NCBI GenBank assembly: GCA_019308925.1
Contig: JAFDHG010000007.1
Span: 10,169-74,168, forward strand
Reading direction: 5' to 3'
Length of the DNA stretch: 64,000 nt
Origin: Deltaproteobacteria bacterium
GTDB lineage: Bacteria; Desulfobacterota; B13-G15; RBG-16-54-18
Positions 37,885-46,874 of the stretch are shown piece by piece. Every line of letters begins with the position of its first letter. The stretch's first letter is position 1. The position numbers and the translations under genes were made by a program. Under the pieces are notes generated by a model that searched no databases, was not told the DNA's origin, and saw only the letters and a program-made list of their open reading frames with translations.

Positions 37885-37921
37885 GATACCGCTCTTATGG
37901 TCCCCTCAGGCCAGAGACCCT

Positions 37922-39028
37922 TCATATCCTCACCAGCTCATACCCCCTACTGCCCAGCCCCATCTCCTCACCATATGCCAACTGGACCTCCCAGTCTACC
38001 TCCCGATGTACCGCCCGGAACTTGTCCTCCCCGGGGGGGAGCCCTGTCGTATACGGTGAGTGCGGGTTGCCCGGTTGCGCCCTTACCAAATCGACAGAGG
38101 CCTGGTCAATGGCCACCGGGTCATCTGAGGCGAGGATCCCCACATCCCCCACGATGGGGGCATCGCTGTGTCCGTAGCAGTCGCAGTACGGGCTTACCTG
38201 GGTGACAAAGCTCACAAACGCCACCCTCTCCCCTTTATTTTTCAACGCCCCCGCCGCATACTCCACCATCTTGCGCTGGAATTCCGGAGCAACCTCATCC
38301 CACTGGATCTTGATGGCCCCCTGCGGGCAGATCACATAACACTCTCCACACCCCACACACCTATCAGGGTCGATAAAGGCCTTCTCGTCCTTTATCTCGA
38401 TGGCCCCATGCGCACACCACTCGACGCAGGTTCCACAGCCAACACACGCTTTCCTCTTCACCTTCGGTGCTACGGTGGAGTGCTGGCTCAGCTTCCCCTT
38501 CCGGCTGGCACACCCCATACCCACGTTTTTTATAGCCCCACCAAAGCCGGTGAGTTCGTGACCTTTAAAGTGCGTCGCCACAAGCAGAGAATCAGCAAAG
38601 TAGATCTCATGGGCGATGCTCACTTCATGGTAGGTCTTCCCCTCTATTGGTACCCGAACAGAGGCGTTACCCCTCAGGCCGTCTGCAATAATGATCGGGG
38701 CCATCACCACAGAGAAGGAAAAGCCGTTCTCCACCGCCGTTATGAGATGGGAGACCGCATCGGACCTGGTGCCACCATAGAGGGTGTTGGTGTCGGTGAG
38801 AAAGGGCTTCCCCCCCAGTTCCTTCACCCGCTCGACGATCCGGCGCAGGAAGATGGGCCTGATATAGGCGGTGTTTCCCCGCTCGCCGAAGTGGAGCTTG
38901 ATGGCCACCGTCCCCTTGGGCCTGATCCTCTTGGGGAGCTCCACCCTCTCTAATAACTCCCCCACCTTGTCCAGAAGATTTCTTTTGACCTCGGCCCTAA
39001 GGTCAGCGAAATAGACCGTGCTCGCCAT
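37922..39028 (-). CDS. DUF362-family protein fused to a 2x[4Fe-4S] ferredoxin domain
   Basis: Two CxxCxxCxxxCP motifs (CVGCGTCVEWCAHG; CVGCGECYVICPQG) inside a DUF362-like scaffold. Confidence 0.7.
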   Translation of the reverse strand: MASTVYFADLRAEVKRNLLDKVGELLERVELPKRIRPKGTVAIKLHFGERGNTAYIRPIFLRRIVERVKELGGKPFLTDTNTLYGGTRSDAVSHLITAVENGFSFSVVMAPIIIADGLRGNASVRVPIEGKTYHEVSIAHEIYFADSLLVATHFKGHELTGFGGAIKNVGMGCASRKGKLSQHSTVAPKVKRKACVGCGTCVEWCAHGAIEIKDEKAFIDPDRCVGCGECYVICPQGAIKIQWDEVAPEFQRKMVEYAAGALKNKGERVAFVSFVTQVSPYCDCYGHSDAPIVGDVGILASDDPVAIDQASVDLVRAQPGNPHSPYTTGLPPGEDKFRAVHREVDWEVQLAYGEEMGLGSRGYELVRI

Positions 39029-39118
39029 GTTCTACTCCTCCTAAACCCTCATGAGGGTTTACCTTGCTGCTGGCAATGAAAATACCGAAGTGGATGGCAA
39101 CATCGGGAGAGGAAATGT

Positions 39119-40054
39119 CTAAGGTTTACTTTCAACGTAAGCTGGATATATCTCCCGCAGGACCTCCTCTGCCCCCTGGGCCAAGAGATCCTCGGCCAAC
39201 CTCTTCCCCACCTCCTCAGGGTCCTCCCCCTGGGCCTCAGCGCGTATAAGGTGGGAGCCGTCAAGACGGGCCACCATCCCCCGCAACAGGAGCCCCCCCT
39301 CGTGCACCTCTCCGTAGGCAGCGATGGGGACCTGACACCCCCCTTTCAGCCGGCGCAGAAAGGCCCTCTCCCCCCTCACAGCCATGGCGCTTTCGGGGTG
39401 ATGGACAAAGGCGATCAACTCGTTGACCTCGGCATCCTGTCGGCACTCAATCCCCAGGGCCCCCTGGCCGACGGCCGGGAGCATCACCTCGAAGGGAAGG
39501 TATTCGGTGATGCACTGTTCCAGCCCCATTCGGCAAACCCCGGCAGCGGCCAGGATCACGGCATCAAGCCCCTTAGTCTCCAGCTTCCTGATCCTGGTGT
39601 CCAGGTTTCCCCGCATGGGGACTATTTCCCAATCTGGGTTGACCCCTAAAAGCTGAGCCTTTCTGCGTAGGGAGGAGGTCCCGATTCTGGCCCCAGGGGG
39701 GATCTCCTGCAGTCCCCGCCCCTCCCTAGAGACCAACACATCCCTGGGGTCCTCCCTTTCGGTGATGGCCCCAAGGTGAAGACCTGGAGGAAGTTCGGTG
39801 GGGACGTCCTTCATGCTGTGCACAGCCAGATCTATCTCCCCGCGCAGGAGGGCCTCCTCTATCTCTTTGACAAAGAGCCCCTTCCCCCCCACCTTGGCCA
39901 GCGGCACATCCATGATCTTGTCTCCGGTGGTCCGGATCCGGACCACCTCCCAGGGAAGCCCTGGATACCTCGCGGTGATCCTGCCCTGCACCCATGCGGT
40001 CTGCTGCAGGGCAAGCTTACTCCCTCGGGTACCGATCCTTATTACCTTTTTCAT
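39119..40054 (-). CDS. hemC: Hydroxymethylbilane synthase (porphobilinogen deaminase). The real start is MKKVIRIGTRGSKLAL at 40054; the track ORF is over-extended to 40243.
   Basis: Canonical HemC N-terminus and conserved blocks. The 63-codon upstream extension is not protein-like. Confidence 0.9.
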   Translation of the reverse strand: MKKVIRIGTRGSKLALQQTAWVQGRITARYPGLPWEVVRIRTTGDKIMDVPLAKVGGKGLFVKEIEEALLRGEIDLAVHSMKDVPTELPPGLHLGAITEREDPRDVLVSREGRGLQEIPPGARIGTSSLRRKAQLLGVNPDWEIVPMRGNLDTRIRKLETKGLDAVILAAAGVCRMGLEQCITEYLPFEVMLPAVGQGALGIECRQDAEVNELIAFVHHPESAMAVRGERAFLRRLKGGCQVPIAAYGEVHEGGLLLRGMVARLDGSHLIRAEAQGEDPEEVGKRLAEDLLAQGAEEVLREIYPAYVESKP

Positions 40055-40373
40055 AGCCCAGGTGCTAGAGGCCTTCCCCTTTCCTTGAGGTAATCTTCGT
40101 ATGAATTCAATCCATCTAAAAAACCACAAGATCCCCTTTTTGTCAAAGGGAAAGGTGGGGAAAAAGTAATACCTCAGTCTTGGTGGGATGGGTTTCAAAG
40201 GGCCTCTTGTCCCCGAGCGAAGTTGCTGGGAGCGGTGGGGCACCCACCGAGGGTGAGCAGGAAGGGGAAAGCCCCGCCTAGGGTCGCCGCGAAAGCTCTG
40301 AAGCGAGGGGATAAGAGGTCCTCCTCCCCTGATAAGTGAGGCATTACAGGAAAAAAGTAGGCCTTACCGGCTG

Positions 40374-40955
40374 CTACAGCTCCTGCTCCATTGCCATCTT
40401 CCCCAACAACCCCTCGGGGCCGAAGGGAAGGGGGGCAAAGATGATTTGTTCCAGTTTTTTTATCCTTTCATAAAGAAAGTTAAGGCGATCTTTCCTGCTT
40501 TCATCCACTCCATACTTCCTGATTATGTACTCGAACCTCTCTTTAATGCTCACCAGCGTTGTCTCCATCACCCTCTTGTCCGCATAGTTGACCACCGCTA
40601 TCTCGGAGATCCTCATCTCCTCGTCAGGGAGGTGGACGTGGTAGTAGACTATATCGGCCACCTTATAAAGCCCCCTCTCCCTGAGCCACTCTCCTCCCAG
40701 GCGAGCGTGATCCTCACCCGTTTTGAGGCTGTGGGCCTTGGCAACGTCGTGCAGAAAGGCCCCAGCCTCGACCAAGGAAAGCTCCAAGGTATAACCCGCC
40801 TTTCTAAGTTCACGGCCCAGAAAGCAGGCCACCTCGGCTACCTTTTTGCTGTGTTCGATTATATGGTGAGGGACGCCGAACTCCTGCAGGAGTTCCCAGG
40901 CCTCTTGCGGGGTGATCTCACCGTTTTGATAAGGGATTCCAGTATATAGTTCCAT
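40374..40955 (-). CDS. HD-domain phosphohydrolase-like protein
   Basis: The H...HD...D pattern is present (HHIIEHS...FLHDVAK). Confidence 0.75.
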   Translation of the reverse strand: MELYTGIPYQNGEITPQEAWELLQEFGVPHHIIEHSKKVAEVACFLGRELRKAGYTLELSLVEAGAFLHDVAKAHSLKTGEDHARLGGEWLRERGLYKVADIVYYHVHLPDEEMRISEIAVVNYADKRVMETTLVSIKERFEYIIRKYGVDESRKDRLNFLYERIKKLEQIIFAPLPFGPEGLLGKMAMEQEL

Positions 40956-41113
40956 CCCAACTCTAGTCCCATATACACCTATATACCTACCCCATCTTTT
41001 CTGTCAAGATTTACTATCTCAAATGTCTAAAATTCAATATACAACTACATCCCTCGCTTTTTGTGGCCAACTTTGTTAATATTCTGCCAAGGGCAATTAC
41101 ATAAGGAGATAAG

Positions 41114-42478
41114 ATGAAGGCGCGGATAAAATTGGAGCTCATCACCCCGGCGGTGGAGGACAATGCCCCCATCCCCAACCTCTCCCTCGCCACGGTGGCC
41201 GCCCTGACCCCGCCCGAGGTTGAGATCTCCTTCACCGATGACCTCGTCAACCCTATCGACCTGGATGGCGACCTGAAAGACGTGGACCTAGTGGGGATCA
41301 CCTGCTCTACCAAGACCGCCCCCAGGGCCTACGAGATCGCCAGGTCCTATCGCGAGCAGGGAACTCCCGTAGTCCTGGGGGGAATCCACCCCACGGCCAT
41401 GCCCGAAGAGGCCCTGGGGCACTGCGATGCCGTGGTGGTAGGGGAGGCAGAGGAGAGCTGGCCCTCCCTGATAGAGGACTTCCAAAGGGGAAAACTGGAG
41501 CGGATCTATCGGCAGGGGGGGTTCACCCCTCCGGAACAGATCCCTCAGGCCCGCCGCGACATCTACAACCCCAAGGACTACTTTCCCATTGACTCCCTGC
41601 AGGCCACCCGAGGTTGCCCCTATCTGTGTGACTTCTGCTCTGTGAGGAGGTTTTTCGGGGGGACCTTTCGCTACCGCCCCTTAGAGGATGTAATAGAGGA
41701 GATCCGCTCCCTGCATCACAAGGTGATCATGTTTGCCGATGACAATATCGTGGGCCACCCCCGCTACTCCAGAGAGCTACTAGAGGCCCTCATCCCCCTG
41801 CGGAAGAGGTGGATCGGCCAGGCCTCCCTGGCCGGCTTAGAGGATGAGGAAATGATCAAGCTCATGGTGAAAAGCGGCTGTGTGGGGCTTCTCATCGGCT
41901 TTGAGTCCATCTCCGAGGAAAACATCAAACTATCGAGAAAGTATCAGAACCGGCCTGCTGAATATCAGGGGATCATTCACAACCTGCACCGGCACGGCAT
42001 CGCCATCTGGGCCTCCTTTCTGTTCGGCTTCGACCACGATGACAAAGAAATCTTTGGACGGACGGTACGCTTCGCCATAGAGGCCAAGTTCTTCTCGGTG
42101 GTCTTCGCAATCCTCACCCCCTACCCCGGCACCGCCCTCTACGAACGCCTAAATGAGGAAGGGAGGCTGACCGATGAGAGGTGGTGGTTATTAAAGGATC
42201 AGGAAGCCTACGCCCCCCATTTCCACCCCCGGGGGATGACCAGGGAGGAGCTCCGGGAGGGGTGGGAATGGGCCTGGCAGGAGTACTATTCCTATCCCTC
42301 CATCCTGAGGAGGTTTCAGTGGGAGTATCCGCCCACCTTGGTCAACAAAGCTATCTACTTCCCTTTTAACCTCATTCAACGTCGCTTCGTCCGCAAAAAG
42401 ATCCTCAGGGGGGAGAGGCTCAGGTGGACCAAGGTTCCCTGGAAGAGTGGAACGGCTCAGCCTTGGACGTTGATGTGA
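41114..42478 (+). CDS. B12-binding-domain radical SAM protein (class B)
   Basis: N-terminal cobalamin-binding Rossmann-like region and a CxxxCxxC motif (CPYLCDFC). 454 aa. Confidence 0.85.
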   Translation: MKARIKLELITPAVEDNAPIPNLSLATVAALTPPEVEISFTDDLVNPIDLDGDLKDVDLVGITCSTKTAPRAYEIARSYREQGTPVVLGGIHPTAMPEEALGHCDAVVVGEAEESWPSLIEDFQRGKLERIYRQGGFTPPEQIPQARRDIYNPKDYFPIDSLQATRGCPYLCDFCSVRRFFGGTFRYRPLEDVIEEIRSLHHKVIMFADDNIVGHPRYSRELLEALIPLRKRWIGQASLAGLEDEEMIKLMVKSGCVGLLIGFESISEENIKLSRKYQNRPAEYQGIIHNLHRHGIAIWASFLFGFDHDDKEIFGRTVRFAIEAKFFSVVFAILTPYPGTALYERLNEEGRLTDERWWLLKDQEAYAPHFHPRGMTREELREGWEWAWQEYYSYPSILRRFQWEYPPTLVNKAIYFPFNLIQRRFVRKKILRGERLRWTKVPWKSGTAQPWTLM

Positions 42479-42539
42479 GGCTTGACTTGCCAAGGGGGGG
42501 TATGTTAGCAATGGTAAAAATGCGGGCTGGAGGCTGAAA

Positions 42540-43436
42540 TTGAGGAAGAATCTTTTTTTGGCCCTTCTCCTTTTCCTCTTGATGCTGGGATGCACAGGAG
42601 GGGAGGTGGGTTTGAAAGGGCTCCTCCCCTCTCCCACCGAGGTGCAGGGGGTCACGAAAGAAGGCTGAGCTCAGGTCTATAAAGGAACAAAGCTCTTCGA
42701 CTACATGGATGGGGGGGCGGAGCTCTTTTACGAATACCACTTTGAGCAGGCGTGCGTGCAGAGGTATCAGACCCCCCACGGGGAAGCCACGGTGGAGATA
42801 TACCAGATGGACCTCCCCGCCCATGCCTATGGGATCTACACCTTCGACACCCAGGGGGAGCACCCCTTGATAGGACAGGACGCCACCTATGAGAGGGGGC
42901 TTTTGACCTTCTGGAAGGGGAGCTACTTCGTCAGGGTCTTCTCCCAGAACGAGGGGCTCAAGGAGACTATCCTGGCCCTGGGGCAGACCATCGCCCAAAA
43001 GATCCCCCAGGAAGGGGCCAGACCCGATATTCTGATCTCCCTCCCCCAACAAGGAATGATACAGGACTCCCTCCTCTATTTCCGCGGGATGATCGCCCTG
43101 AACAACGCCTATTTCCTCTCCCACCAGAACGTCCTCTCCCTGGGGGAGGGCGCCGAGGGGATCACCTTTAAATATACGCCAGGGGCTCAACCCCTCAGGG
43201 CCATCATGGTGCGCTATCCGGGTAGTCCCCAGGCCGATGAGGCCTTCCAGGCCTTTTGTTCATCTAAAGTCATCAAAGAAGGCGTCTTGAAAGATGGGGT
43301 CTTTGGGGGAAAGAGCAGGAGGGGATACGGAGGGGCCAAATTGGTGGGGGATCTCTTGGTCCTGGTCTTCGACGGGAAAGACCCACGTATCGTCACAAAC
43401 GTCTTAAAATCTCTACCGCATAAAGGGGGTAGGTGA
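42540..43436 (+). CDS. Lipoprotein gene (TTG start, lipobox LMLGC) interrupted by a single in-frame TGA at 42666-42668. It could be a pseudogene, a read-through or selenocysteine codon, or a sequencing error.
   Basis: The signal-peptide segment (42540-42665) and the 243-aa track ORF (42705-43436) are in the same frame, separated only by the TGA. A GGAGG RBS precedes the TTG. Confidence 0.5.
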
Positions 43437-44161
43437 TGAAGAGGGTAGCTATAGCCATCTTTCTGGGGGCAGCAGCCGGTGGGGTCGGGATTATTGTCTA
43501 TGAATTGATTGACCAATGGATCTGGGGCTGGTTGACCACCGGGATCCTCCTGGGAATAGTCTCCCAGGTCCCTCACCTTGCCAAGGGGAGGTGGTTCTGG
43601 TGGGGACTTATAGGGGGTGGCACTATCCTAGTCGGCTGGTACCTAGGCAGGGTGATAGGATATCCCGTCTGGCTCGCCTGGCCCCTCCTGGGGGCGGTTT
43701 TCGGTACCCTCTGCTCTCGTAACGGGTTGGGTTGGAGGATCGGCGGGGGCCTGGTCGGCCTTCTGGGTGGACTCTTGGGGATAGGCACCCTCCCCCTGAT
43801 CACCATGGTCCTCTTGCCGTACCTAGGGCTTCCCACCACCTTTGACTACGACATGGACGTGCTAGGGTTGGTGGTGGCAGGGGCCTTTATCGGGGGGACC
43901 ACTGCTAGCTTTCACCACGATTACCCCCTCACCTGCCCTTCAGCCAGGCAGTGGTCCCCGGGGCACAAGATGCCCGAGCAGGGATCCCCAACCCCTTTGT
44001 GGAGGGGGACAAGCCCCTGGTGGTCTCTGTCCAGGGGAAGGCCCCGGAGCAGATGCTCCGCGCCGCATTGGAGGCCCTGGGTGGCCTCAAGCCTCTGGTG
44101 GGGGGTGGAAAGGATGCCCTCATCAAGCCCAACTTTGTCTTCCCCCAGCCTTTCCCCATAA
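43433..44161 (+). CDS. Gly/Trp-rich integral membrane protein (~5 transmembrane segments). The last ~75 codons overlap the next gene out of frame and look non-native.
   Basis: ATGA overlap with the lipoprotein gene. The hydrophobic core ends near 43930. The tail is low-complexity. Confidence 0.55.
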   Translation: MMKRVAIAIFLGAAAGGVGIIVYELIDQWIWGWLTTGILLGIVSQVPHLAKGRWFWWGLIGGGTILVGWYLGRVIGYPVWLAWPLLGAVFGTLCSRNGLGWRIGGGLVGLLGGLLGIGTLPLITMVLLPYLGLPTTFDYDMDVLGLVVAGAFIGGTTASFHHDYPLTCPSARQWSPGHKMPEQGSPTPLWRGTSPWWSLSRGRPRSRCSAPHWRPWVASSLWWGVERMPSSSPTLSSPSLSP

Positions 44162-44922
44162 CCACAGATCCGGAGATGATCTTTTTGATGACCCACCTCC
44201 TGCGGGAGTCAGGGGCCTCAGGGGTGGAGGTCTTCGACTCCCCGGGGACCTACCTGGTAGGAACCGAGCGGGAGACCTTTGACTTCTATGACCTCATACA
44301 CAAAGGAAAGGAAAGAGGGATTACAGTCACCTACGGTGATGCGGGCCGCCGCCGGGAATATGTGAAGACCAGAAAGGAGGGGTGGCGGGCTTACCAGGAG
44401 ATCATCGTGCACAAGAAGGTTTATCAAGCCCAGGTAATCGTCAACATGCCCTGCCTTAAGAGGCACCATACTTCCTTCCTGACCTGCGCCCTGAAGAACA
44501 ACTTTGGTGCCATCTATGGGCCCCAGCGCTGGGATGCTCACATCCGGGGAGAGGGTTTCCGAAAGGGGATCAAAGGGGCTAGTGAGAGGGCCAAGACCCC
44601 TTTCCGGGATGAAACCCACTTCATGACTGCTCTGGCCGAGTTCGCCGATGCGGTGCGCCCCGAACTTTCCATCGTGGACGCCAGGACCATCCTCATCAAA
44701 GGAGGCCCCACCAGGGGGAAGGGAGAGCTCAAGAAGGGGGTCAACAGGTTCATCCTGAGCGGTGATATAGTGGCCTTGGACACCTACTGCTCGCGGATCA
44801 TGGAGGAGCACGACGAGACCTACACCACCGAGATGATACTGCCCTACCTGAGAGTGGCCGAGAGGCTAGGGCTGGGGACCATGGACCTGAACAAGGTGAA
44901 GGTGATCGAGCTAAGGGTATAA
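43951..44922 (+). CDS. DUF362-family protein without a ferredoxin domain
   Basis: GTG start. A DUF362-like N-terminus (…EALGGLKPLVGGGKDALIKPNFV…). 323 aa. Confidence 0.7.
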   Translation: MVPGAQDARAGIPNPFVEGDKPLVVSVQGKAPEQMLRAALEALGGLKPLVGGGKDALIKPNFVFPQPFPITTDPEMIFLMTHLLRESGASGVEVFDSPGTYLVGTERETFDFYDLIHKGKERGITVTYGDAGRRREYVKTRKEGWRAYQEIIVHKKVYQAQVIVNMPCLKRHHTSFLTCALKNNFGAIYGPQRWDAHIRGEGFRKGIKGASERAKTPFRDETHFMTALAEFADAVRPELSIVDARTILIKGGPTRGKGELKKGVNRFILSGDIVALDTYCSRIMEEHDETYTTEMILPYLRVAERLGLGTMDLNKVKVIELRV

Positions 44923-45235
44923 AAATAAGGGCAAAGGCCACCCCCTCAACACACGCCTCTCCTCAGGATTTGTTAACAGGCCTCTCCGGATCTTGCAGGA
45001 CTCGATATCGGCCTATCTATTCGGCGCGCAGTGCCCCCCTATCCAGTGCCCACGGGGTCCATAGTGGCCCGGGACCCAGTGATACCCCGGTGGACAACGC
45101 CGCCGTCGTGGGGCACAGGAGAGAAAAAGACCACCGATAAACAACACCAGAAGGAAGCAGGCTATGATTTTTGTAAACCTGGACATGACTTACCTCCATC
45201 CAAAAGATATCAACGATCGGCAAATACTCCTTTGG

Positions 45236-45838
45236 TTACCTGGTGATCTTGTCGATCACATACCACTCGTCTTCTGAATCCGAGGCTGTGTCAACCAAAA
45301 GATGCACGATGGAAAGGTTTGGGAAGCGCCCCTTCAGCTCATTGAGGTCGACGGGTTCAAATCTCTCCTTGTTGTTGAAATATGCCTGTGGAGTCAAGGC
45401 ATTGGATTCATAATTCTCCTTTGTCCTCTTTGAGATCTTGTTGAGGGAATAGTCTTCAGGACACTGGGTCTGCTGGATAATAAAGGCCCTGTTGTTTTTC
45501 GAGGCCACCTCCGCAGCCCTTATCCTGAGCTTCTGGCTGATGAAGGTGGCATCCAGAATGACCCCTTTGCCCTGGGAGGCGAGATCGTCTGCCATGGAAA
45601 ACATCTTTTCATAGACCATCTTTCGCTTATCCATATTCGAGGCCACCTTTTCATCAAAGATGTCCTCCCCCTTGAGCACCTCTTGGCGAATGAGATCCGT
45701 GCGCAACATCTCATAGCCCTTTAGCCGTGCGATGACCTCCGTGGTCTCAGTCTTGTTGGTGGCGGGAAGCCCGCAGGCGATCAGGACAGCATCATCCACA
45801 ATTTCCTTCTTAACAAATTCCTTAAATGATTCTCTCAT
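45236..45838 (-). CDS. P-loop kinase-like protein (AAA_33/COG0645-like) with a degenerate Walker A motif (GLPATNKT)
   Basis: Walker A-like with Ala and Asn in place of the second and third Gly. Walker B-like ILDATF. 200 aa. Last gene of the dgt operon. Confidence 0.6.
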   Translation of the reverse strand: MRESFKEFVKKEIVDDAVLIACGLPATNKTETTEVIARLKGYEMLRTDLIRQEVLKGEDIFDEKVASNMDKRKMVYEKMFSMADDLASQGKGVILDATFISQKLRIRAAEVASKNNRAFIIQQTQCPEDYSLNKISKRTKENYESNALTPQAYFNNKERFEPVDLNELKGRFPNLSIVHLLVDTASDSEDEWYVIDKITR

Positions 45839-45886
45839 ATAGCAGCTCCTTTAAAAACCGTGTTAAGATTTTGGTTATGCGGTCTT

Positions 45887-46759
45887 CTATAACACAAATT
45901 GTTTCCCCACATAATCCGGTACATCCACCTCTCCCATGAGCACGGGCTGCTGATGGCAGTCGGAACCTCCGGAGACCATGAGCCCCATCTCCCGGGCAAA
46001 GGCCAGGTATGCCTCCGCGGTCTTTTTGTCATGCCGGGAGTGCCAGCACTCAACCCCGTCGATATAGTCCATCATGGCATCTTGAATAATCTGTTGCTGT
46101 TCCTTCAGCGAGGGGCTCAGATTCACCAGAGAGGTGCCGTTCGGATCGTTGGGGTGGGCGAGCAGAATCCTTCCTCCTGCACCACGGATGAGTTCAGAGG
46201 CCTCCTTCAAACTCAATGGCATCTTGGGCACATCGCACTTGATCAGATATCGGCCAAATGCCTCCTGTTTGGTGGCCACAATGTCCTTTTTGATCATGTA
46301 ATTGGCGATGTGGGGCCTGCCGAAGGCCCCGTCAACACTGGCCTGGATCGCATCGAGGTCCGCAGAGGTAAACTCCGGTAGGCCTTCTTTGACGAATTCG
46401 CGATTCAGGTTCTCCAGGATCTTCTCTGCCCGCCTCTTCCTATAGTCTCTGATGGTCTTTAGTTTCTCAACCAAAGAAGGATTGTGGATATCGTACTGAT
46501 ATCCGAGAAAATCCAGGGAGATGGGTTTAGCTTTATTATAGTCCGGATGGGAGAACGTCACGTTCAATTCCACCCCAGTGAGATACTGGATGCCGTAGGA
46601 TTGGGCCAGCTCAAGGGCGTGTCCCTGAGCGTGGATGGCATCGTGGTCGGTGATCGAGATCAGATCGATCTGCCTTCTCTTTGCCTCTGCAAAGATTTCC
46701 TCCAGGCTCCAGCGCCCGTCCGAGCCGTCTTTCGAGTGTATGTGAAGATCTATCTTCAT
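45887..46759 (-). CDS. PHP-domain phosphoesterase (TrpH/YciV-like)
   Basis: N-terminal MKIDLHIHSKDGSDG and ITDHD motifs, with downstream His ligands. Confidence 0.8.
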   Translation of the reverse strand: MKIDLHIHSKDGSDGRWSLEEIFAEAKRRQIDLISITDHDAIHAQGHALELAQSYGIQYLTGVELNVTFSHPDYNKAKPISLDFLGYQYDIHNPSLVEKLKTIRDYRKRRAEKILENLNREFVKEGLPEFTSADLDAIQASVDGAFGRPHIANYMIKKDIVATKQEAFGRYLIKCDVPKMPLSLKEASELIRGAGGRILLAHPNDPNGTSLVNLSPSLKEQQQIIQDAMMDYIDGVECWHSRHDKKTAEAYLAFAREMGLMVSGGSDCHQQPVLMGEVDVPDYVGKQFVL

Positions 46760-46874
46760 GTTTTCTTTTAGGTTTCCTTCCCTTCTATGCTCTCAGTAAG
46801 GCTACAAACCCTGTCCACTCCTGAGACGACCTTCAGGGGGCTGCGCCCCCAGAGAGAGGGGGCGAAGACCCCTC

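Noticed and set aside
40055-40243. 63-codon N-terminal extension of hemC in the ORF track
   Set aside because: The translation (PHRSQQLRSGTRGPLKPIPPRLRYYFF…) is not protein-like. The canonical HemC N-terminus MKKVIRIGTRGS begins at 40054.
40190-40340. SRP RNA or tRNA-Sec hidden in the GC-rich hemC leader
   Set aside because: AGCAGGAAGG/GGAAAG resembles the SRP domain IV composition, but the conserved GUUUACCAGG context and a proper acceptor or CCA end are missing. It is kept only as an unspecified structured element.
42666-42668. Selenocysteine at the in-frame TGA of the lipoprotein gene
   Set aside because: No CxxU/UxxC-type redox context and no convincing SECIS-like hairpin within 10-40 nt downstream. 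Pseudogene or error is favoured, but selenocysteine is not excluded.
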